A DNA stretch of 64,000 nucleotides from Candidatus Bathyarchaeota archaeon. Its GTDB lineage: Archaea > Thermoproteota > CALKCG01 > B24 > DRYS01. The notes beneath the pieces are model-generated. The model had not been told where the DNA came from, ran no database searches, and saw only the letters and a list, made by a program, of their open reading frames with translations. Within the stretch, counting starts at the first letter, position 1, and every line of letters begins with the position of its first letter. The position numbers were made by a program, and so were the translations under genes. Positions 21,062 to 30,456 of this stretch are shown in pieces. Location: positions 64,001 to 128,000 of the forward strand of contig JAGTQC010000003.1 in the NCBI GenBank assembly GCA_018396535.1. The letters run 5' to 3'.

Positions 21062-22189
21062 TTATACTGCTCTATATTCTTCGAACCATTTCTGATACCT
21101 GGTTATAGTAACATTGCTTACACTAGGTTTCCTCCTACTTAAGGCATCTGTGAAATCCCTCATATTTACTGGTCTAGGATAGCTTTTCGGATCATCCACC
21201 CTTCCTGTTTCGAAGAATTCTCTAACCACTATAGCATATGCCTCCCTTACAAGCTCTGTAAGATCATGGAACGTATACCCTTCAGTAACTCTAGCTATCT
21301 TCTCTAGATCTACATCATCATCTAGCATCAGATTCTTCGTAGCTTTCTTCAGCAGAGCTAATCTACCATTATAGTCTGGTGGAGGTATATAGATACGTTT
21401 CTGGAATCTCCGGATGAAGGGTTCATCTAGATCCCAAGGCTTATTAGTTGCTCCTATAACGTATACATAGCTATACCTTCCCTTCTCTAGTATTCCATCC
21501 ATCTCCTTTAGAAGCTGATTTCTAACCCTAACCTCTCCTCCAACCTCCTGGCTCCTTATCCCCGCTATCGAATCTATCTCATCTATGAATATTATAGCAG
21601 GCTTACCTTGTTCAGCATAACCCCTTGCTTCAGAGAATAAGGCTGCTACATTCTTCTCACTCTCCCCCAGCCATTTACTCATAATCGTAGCCGCATCGAC
21701 ATCGAAGAAGACAGCATCTATCTCGTTAGCTACAGCTGCAGCTAGCATAGTCTTACCGCATCCTGGTGGACCGAAGAATAATATACCTCGAGGCCATCCT
21801 AACGGGAATAGATCAGGCCTCTTTAAAGGGTATACTATAGCTTCGGTTATAGCCTTCTTTGCCTCTTCCAGATCGACTATATCATCCCATCTTATCGATG
21901 GTTTAGAAGCTAGGATAGCCGTGGAAGCTTGTCTAGAAAAATCGCCGCTACCTAGAATCTGAGGTTGAAGTTTAGATCGGAGTTCTTCAACCCTACGTTG
22001 ATAGGCTTTAATCCTCTCCTTATATACATGTATATATGGCAGCTCTGGGTAGTACATGCAGATTCTACTAAGGATTTCTATAGCTCTACTATACTTCTCG
22101 ATAGCTCTATCATACTGTCCACTCCGATCGTAGTCTACTGCTTCTGAAGCACTCTTAACGGCAAGCTCTTCGAGTTCACGCATATCCAT
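21062..22189 (-). CDS. cdvC: Vps4/CdvC AAA ATPase with N-terminal MIT domain
   Basis: MIT (AVDYD...AIEKY..AIEIL), FPLGWPRG, GPPGCGKT, SKWLGESEK, ATNKPWDLD; located in the Cdv operon. Confidence 0.95.
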   Translation of the reverse strand: MDMRELEELAVKSASEAVDYDRSGQYDRAIEKYSRAIEILSRICMYYPELPYIHVYKERIKAYQRRVEELRSKLQPQILGSGDFSRQASTAILASKPSIRWDDIVDLEEAKKAITEAIVYPLKRPDLFPLGWPRGILFFGPPGCGKTMLAAAVANEIDAVFFDVDAATIMSKWLGESEKNVAALFSEARGYAEQGKPAIIFIDEIDSIAGIRSQEVGGEVRVRNQLLKEMDGILEKGRYSYVYVIGATNKPWDLDEPFIRRFQKRIYIPPPDYNGRLALLKKATKNLMLDDDVDLEKIARVTEGYTFHDLTELVREAYAIVVREFFETGRVDDPKSYPRPVNMRDFTDALSRRKPSVSNVTITRYQKWFEEYRAV

Positions 22190-22236
22190 TAACTACACCC
22201 CGTTAACCTTCATTCCTCATATCTATATCGGTATGG

Positions 22237-23061
22237 TTAACGGCTCAAGACTATCTTTCCTTCCTCTTCGAGTGCTTTTAACGCACGAACAACATCCTCT
22301 GGAGATACCTGTAGCTCTTTAGCGCACACCGATATCTTTAAAGCACCTCTATTACTCTGTAAATATTCTAGTATCTTCGTTTTCAATTCGTCGAAACTCG
22401 GTATCGGAGGGCTAACGGACGGCGCCCCCCCGGTTTGGGTCGGTGTAGTTTTTGGAAGTACGGCTTCAGCTTCTGCTACAGGGATTCTCTGATTCTCCAA
22501 CCCCTCCACCGGTAGTTCTGGGAAGCTTTCCCTAATCTTCTGTTCAGCTATGAATGCAGCCTCCTCTATAATCCTCTTAGCTTCATCGTTTAACTCTATC
22601 TCCTCGAGTTTATGCCCGTTTACAACCTTCATCTCGCTAACGGTAGTTATCAATAATCGACTAACCTCCTCTAACCCGTTAGCAACATCTGGTACAATAT
22701 TCGCTATCTGTTTCCTCATCTCTTTTACAAGTCCGAGTACTGGTGCAAGCTGGATCATTAGATCGCTGAACTCCTGTATAGTCTCCAACCTTAGGATTAC
22801 ACGTTCTAAAGCTAGCTGTATGCTTAAGAGTAGTTTAGCTATATTCCTAACTTCAGAGCATTCGTTTGCATACATTTTACTCCTCGCATAATCCTTAGAT
22901 AGATATGCTCCAACGCATCTCTCAAAGATCTCCCTATCTCTACGCTGGAGTTTAGCCATTATGTGTTCTAACCTCTCCTTCTGAGATTCAAGCTTATATA
23001 TTGCTATATTTATACGCTCCTTTAAGGATCTTCTAGGAGATGAGAAGAATTTACGTATCAA
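22237..23061 (-). CDS. cdvB: ESCRT-III CdvB with MIM2-like motif and C-terminal winged-helix domain
   Basis: Snf7 core (YANEC.EVR, LERVILRLETI), FPELP, Pro/Thr linker, wH tail; between cdvA and cdvC. TTG start. Confidence 0.9.
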   Translation of the reverse strand: MIRKFFSSPRRSLKERINIAIYKLESQKERLEHIMAKLQRRDREIFERCVGAYLSKDYARSKMYANECSEVRNIAKLLLSIQLALERVILRLETIQEFSDLMIQLAPVLGLVKEMRKQIANIVPDVANGLEEVSRLLITTVSEMKVVNGHKLEEIELNDEAKRIIEEAAFIAEQKIRESFPELPVEGLENQRIPVAEAEAVLPKTTPTQTGGAPSVSPPIPSFDELKTKILEYLQSNRGALKISVCAKELQVSPEDVVRALKALEEEGKIVLSR

Positions 23062-23090
23062 CCTTCATCCCCCGCCGTCCGTTAGCCCTC
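22407..23090. repeat. Perfect 18-bp GC-rich inverted repeat (arms 22407-22424 and 23073-23090)
   Basis: GAGGGCTAACGGACGGCG at 22407-22424 is the exact reverse complement of CGCCGTCCGTTAGCCCTC at 23073-23090. Confidence 0.92.
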
Positions 23091-23106
23091 GCCTATCTTT
23101 ACCTAT

Positions 23107-23820
23107 CTACTCTTCTAGCTTCACTACCAACGGCTCTACATGTTTAGCTGATGTAACTTCTATCTTAGATTCTACAACACCACCTGTCCTAGCCTCGCTT
23201 TTAACACTACTCTCCACTATAGGTATGAACCCCTTCTCGGCTACATCTATGAACTTCTCTATATCCTCCTTCTCGCTTCTATAGTAGTTTATACCCTTCT
23301 CTATCGTCGATCTAGCTTCGTTGAACGTTTCAGGTAGTATCTCACCTAGAGTGTACTGTAGCTTTAGTACTGCTAAAACGTATTCTAGATCCTTAATCCT
23401 ACCTTCAAGGATCTCCACTCTCTTCTTAAGAGATTCTATAAACGATACCTTCTTGGATTCCAGCTCCTCTATAGCTGAATCATACATAGTCTTAAGCTTA
23501 CTATATGCTTCCTCGGTTATCTCGCCATTCTTGTAAAGTATATCTAGAGCTCTAAGTCTAGCTAGACTTACAGTATATACTCTCTCTAGTATGTTTGCTT
23601 CAACTCTCCATCCATACGTGTATACTAGCCTCCCATTCCTTATCCTTACCCTATCTCCTCTAAGTTTACGATACTCCCCATCGCATGTTTCGACATCGAA
23701 CGTTTCGACTTCATTCTTCGCATTAACAGTGAAACCTACTACCCTACCTAGGTTTCTACCATAGTTATCTACTATAGGTTTGCCAAGAAAATTCTTAACA
23801 TGTTCAAATCTAAGTGGCAA
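23107..23820 (-). CDS. cdvA: Cell division protein CdvA
   Basis: N-terminal PRC barrel (GKPIVDNYGRNLGRVVG), coiled coil, C-terminal EPLVVKL CdvB-binding-like peptide; upstream of cdvB-cdvC. Confidence 0.9.
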   Translation of the reverse strand: MPLRFEHVKNFLGKPIVDNYGRNLGRVVGFTVNAKNEVETFDVETCDGEYRKLRGDRVRIRNGRLVYTYGWRVEANILERVYTVSLARLRALDILYKNGEITEEAYSKLKTMYDSAIEELESKKVSFIESLKKRVEILEGRIKDLEYVLAVLKLQYTLGEILPETFNEARSTIEKGINYYRSEKEDIEKFIDVAEKGFIPIVESSVKSEARTGGVVESKIEVTSAKHVEPLVVKLEE

Positions 23821-23832
23821 GATATAACCCCC

Positions 23833-24459
23833 CTATATCTTCCTATTAGCAGACTCCTTCGATGGCACTTCTGTAGATGGTATCTCTGGTAGAGCCTCCT
23901 TCATCTTCTGTTCAGCTACGAAAGCAGCCTTCTCCAGTATCTGTCTAGCCTCTTCACTTGCAGCTTCTATCTCCCAGCTTCTACCAGTAGCTTCTCCTAC
24001 CTCTGCTACTATACCATTAAGCTCCTCTCCTATAGCTCCAAGCTCATAGCTTACCTCAGGTATGATACCTGAGAGCTGCGTCTTAAGTACGTTAACTACG
24101 CTAGCTACAGGAGCCATAACGGCTACTACATCTCCAAACTCCTGCACTGTCTCCAACCTTAGTATAGCTTGCTCTATAGCTAATTGTGCTCTAAGCATTA
24201 TATTCAGCATCTTCCTTATCTCAGCACATTCGTTAGCATACATAGCCGCTCTTATAGGATCCTTCGCTAGCTGTGCTTCTACACACTTCTCGAAGAGGTT
24301 CCTATCTTGCTTCTGCATACGTGTAGCAGCCATCTCAAGCTTATCCTTCTGTATCTTAAGCCTATAGATAGTCTTCCCTATCCTCTCTTTAAGCGGAGGC
24401 TGCTTCTTAAGTAGCCCCGTCCCTTTCTCCCATGCTTTGAATAGATCTCTCGTGCTCAT
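23833..24459 (-). CDS. ESCRT-III paralog (CdvB1/B2-like, no winged helix)
   Basis: Snf7 core paralogous to CdvB, LPEIPS MIM2-like tail, GGAGGTG SD. Confidence 0.9.
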   Translation of the reverse strand: MSTRDLFKAWEKGTGLLKKQPPLKERIGKTIYRLKIQKDKLEMAATRMQKQDRNLFEKCVEAQLAKDPIRAAMYANECAEIRKMLNIMLRAQLAIEQAILRLETVQEFGDVVAVMAPVASVVNVLKTQLSGIIPEVSYELGAIGEELNGIVAEVGEATGRSWEIEAASEEARQILEKAAFVAEQKMKEALPEIPSTEVPSKESANRKI

Positions 24460-24509
24460 CTTAAGCCCACCTCCTAGGCTAAGCCCGAGGGGAGAGAGGT
24501 CGGCGAAAC

Positions 24510-24525
24510 TATAAATACCATTTTA
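24510..24525 (-). promoter_or_regulatory. BRE/TATA promoter of the ESCRT/Cdv operon
   Basis: Reverse strand TAAAATGGTATTTATA about 50 nt upstream of the first ATG. Confidence 0.5.
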
Positions 24526-24689
24526 ACAGTATCTATCAAAATATGCACATTACATAGGTAAATGTTGATTTTACCGCTAAGATACTTGGATCATTACATA
24601 CATACTACAGTAATACTCAAATTATATCTAGAGTATTCGGAGTTGTAAATTTATGAACAAGTTTCGTTAAAATAAATGATTGACCCGAC

Positions 24690-25379
24690 TTGAATAGGAT
24701 AGTAGCTATACTAGGTGGAACTGGTAGTCAGGGTTTCGGTTTAGCTTTAAGATGGCTTAAGGCTGGTGAATATGTAATCATAGGATCCAGATCTAGGGAG
24801 AAAGCTCAAGCTAAAGCTGATGAAGCTAGGAGGATACTAGGTAATGGAGTAAGGGTTGAAGGTTGTACTAATAGTGAAGCAGCTGATAAAGCTGATATTA
24901 TCGTATTAACTGTACCATTCGATGCTCAACTTAGTATAATTAGAAGGATAGCGCCATACCTATCCCAAGGGAAGATCCTCGTAGATGTTACAGTCCCATT
25001 AGCATCGATTATAGGAGGAGATCCGTGGAGGATCCTATACCCATGGGATGGCTCTGCAGCTGAACAGGCTGCACGCTATATTCCTAAAGGTGTAAGGATC
25101 GTATCAGCTTTCCATACTATAGGCTCTAGCATACTGTACGATCTAGATAGAGAGGTAGATTGCGACGTATTGATATGTGGTGATGATGTAGCAGCTAAAC
25201 GTATAGTCGCAGAGCTTGCTGAAGAGATACCTGGTGTTAGAGCGATAGATTGTGGTCCACTAGAGAACTCTAGGCTAACAGAATCTCTAGCCTCCCTGAT
25301 GATATACCTCTGTAGACTGTACAATGTTAAAGCTGTAGGTGTAAGGATTACAGGTATACGTAACCTTAGATCTATCTAG
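24690..25379 (+). CDS. npdG: NADPH-dependent F420 reductase (Fno)
   Basis: ILGGTGSQGFGLALR, IGSR, VDVTVPL, GSAAE, VSAFH, DVLICGD. Confidence 0.9.
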   Translation: MNRIVAILGGTGSQGFGLALRWLKAGEYVIIGSRSREKAQAKADEARRILGNGVRVEGCTNSEAADKADIIVLTVPFDAQLSIIRRIAPYLSQGKILVDVTVPLASIIGGDPWRILYPWDGSAAEQAARYIPKGVRIVSAFHTIGSSILYDLDREVDCDVLICGDDVAAKRIVAELAEEIPGVRAIDCGPLENSRLTESLASLMIYLCRLYNVKAVGVRITGIRNLRSI

Positions 25380-25960
25380 CCTGCTTTCTTAGCTCTCTCG
25401 TACATACGCTCAAGGGTCCATCTAACAGCGCTCTGTATATCCCTGATCCTAGCTGTATCGTATAGGTTATTGAGTATAAGTTCTCTAAGCACGCCTTCTT
25501 CAACCTTCAATTCATAGTTAAAAGCTCTATCAGGCGGTATCCTACCTCTACTCACAGCCTCCAGATCCTGAGATGTTATCGGTTCTAAAACCTTCCTTAT
25601 AAGGAAGGCTCTGAAAGGCTGTATATCCTCTCTTAGAGCTAGTTCTCTAGAGAATACTATCCTCATACGCGTATCTTCACGATATATCATGGCTAGTAGA
25701 GTACCATCAGATGATCGTATAGGTATACCCCTAGCCTGCTCGACTTGTACCGGCTTAGGTTTAGGTTGTTCAGGAGTAGCTTGTTCTCGAGCAAGCGTCG
25801 ATGCTGGCTGAAAGCTCTTCTCAGCTATAACCATACTCAACATAGAGGATAGAGCCGAGAGTATCTCTATCTCACCCTTTAGCTCTCCCACCCTCTTATC
25901 TATCCATTCTTTTAACTCTACCAACTTCTTTACGTCTAGCTCCTCTTTCTCAGATGTCAT
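25376..25960 (-). CDS. Hypothetical protein with N-terminal coiled coil
   Basis: 194-aa ORF with native codon style; no recognised motif. Confidence 0.7.
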   Translation of the reverse strand: MTSEKEELDVKKLVELKEWIDKRVGELKGEIEILSALSSMLSMVIAEKSFQPASTLAREQATPEQPKPKPVQVEQARGIPIRSSDGTLLAMIYREDTRMRIVFSRELALREDIQPFRAFLIRKVLEPITSQDLEAVSRGRIPPDRAFNYELKVEEGVLRELILNNLYDTARIRDIQSAVRWTLERMYERAKKAG

Positions 25961-26089
25961 CTAGACGCTCTCGTAGTATACTTCACTACTTTTTCAGATT
26001 AATCTTTCCCTTCTAAACATGTATAGCTCTGTTTAACCTGTAGCATACTCTTATGCTCTGATCGGTTATGGTGATCCATGTTTAAGGAT

Positions 26090-26158
26090 ATTAGTCAGCT
26101 TATTGAGCCTATATCAAAGCCTAGCTAGGGCTCATTCGAAAACTCCTTCATCATCCCG
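26090..26158 (-). ncRNA. Box C/D 2'-O-methylation guide sRNA
   Basis: Reverse strand: ATGATGA (C) - AGGAGTTTTCGA - ATGA (D') - hairpin - TTGATA (C'-like) - TAGGCTCAATAAG - CTGA (D). TTTAAA TATA about 25 nt upstream. Intergenic. Confidence 0.75.
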
Positions 26159-26264
26159 ATTATAAAACCTAGCAATACTGTAGTTTAAATATTGCTTTTC
26201 ACAGCTATTAAACCAGAATTACCTGGGAAACAGTTTAGCATATCTTCGGTACGGTGTATCCGGC

Positions 26265-29129
26265 GTGGAGGCTGAGATCAGAGAGCTGCCATACCCGTTT
26301 AATCTATTAGCTAAACCTATAAGAGATGCTTTACTCGAACGTAGGTTTCTAAAACCTACCGAACCACAGGTAGAGGTTATACCTAGGATACTTAGAGGTG
26401 AGAATATACTACTCTCAGCTCCAACAGGTACTGGTAAAACTGAAGCAGCTGTACTTCCGGTACTAGATATGCTTCTAAAACTACCTGAACGCAGATCTGG
26501 AATATATGCACTCTACATAACACCTCTAAGGGCTTTAAATAGGGATCTATTAGATAGGATTGGATGGTGGTGTGGGAAGGTTGGTGTAACAGTAGCTGTT
26601 AGACATGGCGATACCGATAATAGGGAACGTGTACTACAAGCTAGGAATCCGCCAGAGATGCTTATAACAACACCTGAAACCCTACAAGCAATCCTTACAG
26701 GTAGGATTATGCGTAAGCATCTATCTAGTGTTAGATGGGTTATAGTAGATGAGATACACGAGTTTGCAGAGGATAAGAGAGGTAGTCAGTTATCTCTAGC
26801 TTTAGAGAGACTTACTCTATTAACTTCTAGGGATTTTCAGCGTATAGGATTATCAGCTACTATAGGTAGTCTCGAGGAGGTTGGTAGATTCCTAGTAGGT
26901 GTAGGTAGAAGGGTATCTGTGGTTAAAGTCCCGGTTGCTAAACATATGAAGCTAGATGTTCTATATCCTCAACCCCAACCTGAAGATTACGATTTAGCTG
27001 ATAAACTGTATACTAGGCCTGAGGTAGCTGCGAGACTTAGACTTCTTAGGAAGCTTATCGAAGAATATGAATCCGTCCTCCTCTTCACGAATACACGTTC
27101 GATAGCAGAAGTTCTAGCTAGTAGATTCAGGGTTTGGGATGATAGTATACCTATAAGTATCCATCATAGTAGCCTCTCTAAACCTGCACGTATAATGGCT
27201 GAGGTAGGCTTAAAGAAAGGCGATCTTAAGGGTCTCGTATGCACTTCTAGCCTAGAGTTAGGTATAGATATCGGTAGAGTAGATCTTACTGTTCAATACA
27301 TGAGTCCTAGACAGGTTACGAGGCTTGTACAGAGAGTTGGACGTAGCGGGCATAGCTTAGGTAGGACTTCGAAGGGTATAATAGTCACTATGGATGGCGA
27401 TGATACCCTTGAAGCTATAGTCATAGCTAGGAGAGCATTAAAGGAGGAACTCGAACCAGCTAAGATACCCTACAAGCCTTACGATGTATTAGCTCATCAG
27501 ATAGCAGGACTGCTTATGTATAGGAGGCGGTGGAGGTTCGATGAGATTCTAGAAGCATTTAGGAGAGCCTACCCCTATAGGGATCTCTCAGAGGAGGATA
27601 TGGTTAAGGTTCTATCATATATGCATGATAGATATCCTAGATTAGCATGGGTTTCATTCGAGGATAGGATAGTGGTTAAACCTGTAAGGGGTAAAGCTCT
27701 GTATGAATACTATTTCGAGAATCTATCGATGATACCTGATGAGAAGCAGTACCTCGTATACGATGAAGTCAACGATATGCCTGTAGGTATACTCGACGAA
27801 GCCTTCGTAGCCGAGTACGGTGAGCCAGGTATCAAATTCATATGTCAAGGTAGACCTTGGATGCTTATGAGTATAGTAGGCGATAGGATATACGTAAAGC
27901 CTGTAGATGATCCTACAGGAGCTATACCAAGCTGGGTTGGTGAAGAGATACCTGTTCCATTCGAAGTTGCATCGGAAGTTGGACGTATAAGGGGTAAGCT
28001 TGAGGAATACTTCAATAAGGGTTTAAGTCTCGAATCATCTGCTAGAAGAATAGCTAGACTATACCCGGCCGATTCATCGACTATCCTAGAAGCTTTAAAG
28101 GAGAGTTGGAGCCATCTAGCTCAGGGATACCCCCTACCTACTGATAGAAGGATGGTTATAGAGGGTTGGGGTGATTATATAATATTACATGTACATGGAG
28201 GTAGCTTAATCAATAGGAGTTTAGGTAGGATTTTAGGTGATATAATCACAGATAGGTATGGTGTAAGCGTAGCTGTACAACAGGATCCATATAGAATTAT
28301 AATACATGTACCCGGTGGATCTATAGCTCCCTCTGAGATCGCTTCGATAATCAAATCCCTTTCTTCCGATGAGGTTCGGGTTAGGGGTCTAGAAGCTGCT
28401 AGGAAGACCGGGTTATTCAAACGTAGACTGGTTCACGTCGCTAGAAGATTCTCAGCTATAAGTGAGGATGTCGATTTCACTGATGTATCGCTTAATCAAA
28501 TAGCTGAAAGTTTGAAGGGAACGGTAGTGTATGAAGAAGCTTTGAAGGAAACCTTGGAGAAGGATATGGATATAGATGGCTTGATAAAGGATATAATAGA
28601 GCCTCTACATAACGGCTCGATGGAGATTATCGTTGTAGAGTCTAGTGAGTTATCTCCACTAGCTAAGATGGGTATAGAGAGGATAGGTAGGAAGACGGAT
28701 ATAATACCTGCAGATAAGATGAGGAGGATTATCCTTGAATCAGTTAAAGCTAGACTTATGAATGAATCTAGAACCCTAGTATGTACAGAATGTTTCAAGT
28801 ATATAGAAACCGTAGTCTTAAAGCTGCTGTCAGATGTTAGATGTCCTTTATGCGGATCGAATCGTTTAGTTCCTTTAAACATGGATGAGAACGATGCGTA
28901 TAAACTAGTTTTCAAGGTTAAACGTGATGATAGACTATACGATGAGCTTATCAGAGCTGGTTCGATCGTATCGAGGTATGGGCTACCAGCTATCTACGCT
29001 CTCTCAGCTAGAGGTGTAAACCTAGATGATGTAGAAGCTATACTGGAAGATGAACCTAGGCTCACGGATAGATTCTTCGAGCTTATAATGGATGCTGAAA
29101 GAAAGGCTTTAGCTAGAAGATACTGGTAG
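26265..29129 (+). CDS. lhr: Lhr-like SF2 helicase with C-terminal Zn ribbon
   Basis: APTGTGKT, TPLRAL, DEIH, SAT, SSLELGID, QRVGRSGH, CxxC...CxxC. Confidence 0.92.
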   Translation: MEAEIRELPYPFNLLAKPIRDALLERRFLKPTEPQVEVIPRILRGENILLSAPTGTGKTEAAVLPVLDMLLKLPERRSGIYALYITPLRALNRDLLDRIGWWCGKVGVTVAVRHGDTDNRERVLQARNPPEMLITTPETLQAILTGRIMRKHLSSVRWVIVDEIHEFAEDKRGSQLSLALERLTLLTSRDFQRIGLSATIGSLEEVGRFLVGVGRRVSVVKVPVAKHMKLDVLYPQPQPEDYDLADKLYTRPEVAARLRLLRKLIEEYESVLLFTNTRSIAEVLASRFRVWDDSIPISIHHSSLSKPARIMAEVGLKKGDLKGLVCTSSLELGIDIGRVDLTVQYMSPRQVTRLVQRVGRSGHSLGRTSKGIIVTMDGDDTLEAIVIARRALKEELEPAKIPYKPYDVLAHQIAGLLMYRRRWRFDEILEAFRRAYPYRDLSEEDMVKVLSYMHDRYPRLAWVSFEDRIVVKPVRGKALYEYYFENLSMIPDEKQYLVYDEVNDMPVGILDEAFVAEYGEPGIKFICQGRPWMLMSIVGDRIYVKPVDDPTGAIPSWVGEEIPVPFEVASEVGRIRGKLEEYFNKGLSLESSARRIARLYPADSSTILEALKESWSHLAQGYPLPTDRRMVIEGWGDYIILHVHGGSLINRSLGRILGDIITDRYGVSVAVQQDPYRIIIHVPGGSIAPSEIASIIKSLSSDEVRVRGLEAARKTGLFKRRLVHVARRFSAISEDVDFTDVSLNQIAESLKGTVVYEEALKETLEKDMDIDGLIKDIIEPLHNGSMEIIVVESSELSPLAKMGIERIGRKTDIIPADKMRRIILESVKARLMNESRTLVCTECFKYIETVVLKLLSDVRCPLCGSNRLVPLNMDENDAYKLVFKVKRDDRLYDELIRAGSIVSRYGLPAIYALSARGVNLDDVEAILEDEPRLTDRFFELIMDAERKALARRYW

Positions 29130-29132
29130 TAT

Positions 29133-29615
29133 TTAGCTAGCGAGTTTAGCTTTCATAAGGTATGCATCCTCTCCATCCAGATAATAGAAGGGTATTTGTG
29201 AAACTATTTCAAACCCAAACTTTCTATACAGATTTATAGCGATAGAGTTTGATACTCTAACCTCTAGTATACATTCCTCCAGCCTCCTCTCCCTCATGGA
29301 ATCTAAAGCTTTAGCTAGCAGGGATTTACCTATACCCCTATTCCTATATTCTGGTAGAACAGCTATAGATATTATATGTCCTCTACGTTTAGCTTTAAGT
29401 CTAGGTAGATCGAAGCCTGCTGTCTCCTCCCTACACATGATGTATCCTACGATCTTTCCATCTACTTCGGCTACGTAGAATAGATCTGGATACTTCTCTC
29501 TAATCTCTTCGAAGAATATCGGTGCGTAATTCTCAGGTAGACACCTTCTATTGATCGCTATAACTTCCCTTATATCTTCCCTCCTACATTCCCTTATCCT
29601 ATACTCATTACTCAA
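29133..29615 (-). CDS. rimI: N-alpha-acetyltransferase (Ard1/RimI)
   Basis: LPENY, GHIISIAV..YRNRGIG, LEVRVSN, YYLDGEDA. Confidence 0.92.
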   Translation of the reverse strand: MSNEYRIRECRREDIREVIAINRRCLPENYAPIFFEEIREKYPDLFYVAEVDGKIVGYIMCREETAGFDLPRLKAKRRGHIISIAVLPEYRNRGIGKSLLAKALDSMRERRLEECILEVRVSNSIAINLYRKFGFEIVSQIPFYYLDGEDAYLMKAKLAS

Positions 29616-29721
29616 CTCCTAGATAGGAGTAAACCCTCGCTGACAGGTATATAACGGTTACTAAGGTTTACACAACCTTTTTCTATAGGTGATAGCATCT
29701 CACTTCGATTTGTGATCTATC

Positions 29722-30357
29722 TTGAGTTGGAAGAGTGAAGCTACCCTCTACCTATGCAATATACTTGTGCGTCTCGGCGCTCTGCAATTCGGTATGTTTA
29801 AGCTTACGAGTGGTAAGATAAGCCCATACTATATAGATCTGAGGATAGTCCCAAGCTTTCCATCAGTATTTAAGAAGGTATGTGAATTCTATGTTAAACT
29901 ACTAGAGGAGGAGGTAGGTATCGATAGATTCGATAGAATAGCGGGTATACCTACAGCTGGGATACCGTTCGCATCGATAACAGCATACCTTCTAGACAAG
30001 CCTTTAATCTATGTTAGGAAGGAGGAGAGGGCTCATGGACGTGAACGTATGATAGAGGGTGTAGTTAAACCTGGTGATAGAGCTGTAGTTCTCGATGATC
30101 TTATAACAACGGGTAAGAGTATACTTAACGCTGTTAAAGCTTTGAGAGGAGAGGGTGTAATCGTAGAGGATGCTGTAGTCCTTATAGATAGGATGGAGGG
30201 TGGTAGGGAGAAGCTGGAGGAGGATGGTGTGAAACTCCACTCGGTAGCATCTATACTCGATATAGCTGAGATACTAAGCAATTCTGGTGTAATAGCTGAT
30301 GAACAGTATAAGGCTATAGCTAAACAGGTGAGAGGTACAATACATTCATGTAGTTAA
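29722..30357 (+). CDS. pyrE: Orotate phosphoribosyltransferase
   Basis: FKLTSGKISPYYIDLR, VRK, VLDDLITTGKS PRPP motif. Confidence 0.95.
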   Translation: MSWKSEATLYLCNILVRLGALQFGMFKLTSGKISPYYIDLRIVPSFPSVFKKVCEFYVKLLEEEVGIDRFDRIAGIPTAGIPFASITAYLLDKPLIYVRKEERAHGRERMIEGVVKPGDRAVVLDDLITTGKSILNAVKALRGEGVIVEDAVVLIDRMEGGREKLEEDGVKLHSVASILDIAEILSNSGVIADEQYKAIAKQVRGTIHSCS

Positions 30358-30456
30358 CCCGTCTAGGCTTAGATAACATTTTTCTCTCCCTACTATTAGT
30401 GAAGAATATATCTGCGTGATTCTACATGGTTATATCATCGATAGAAAGCTGGCAGC

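Noticed and set aside
22390-23110. Bulge-helix-bulge splice motif next to the 18-bp duplex
   Set aside because: I could not build a canonical 3-4-3 motif at either end, so no splicing claim is made.
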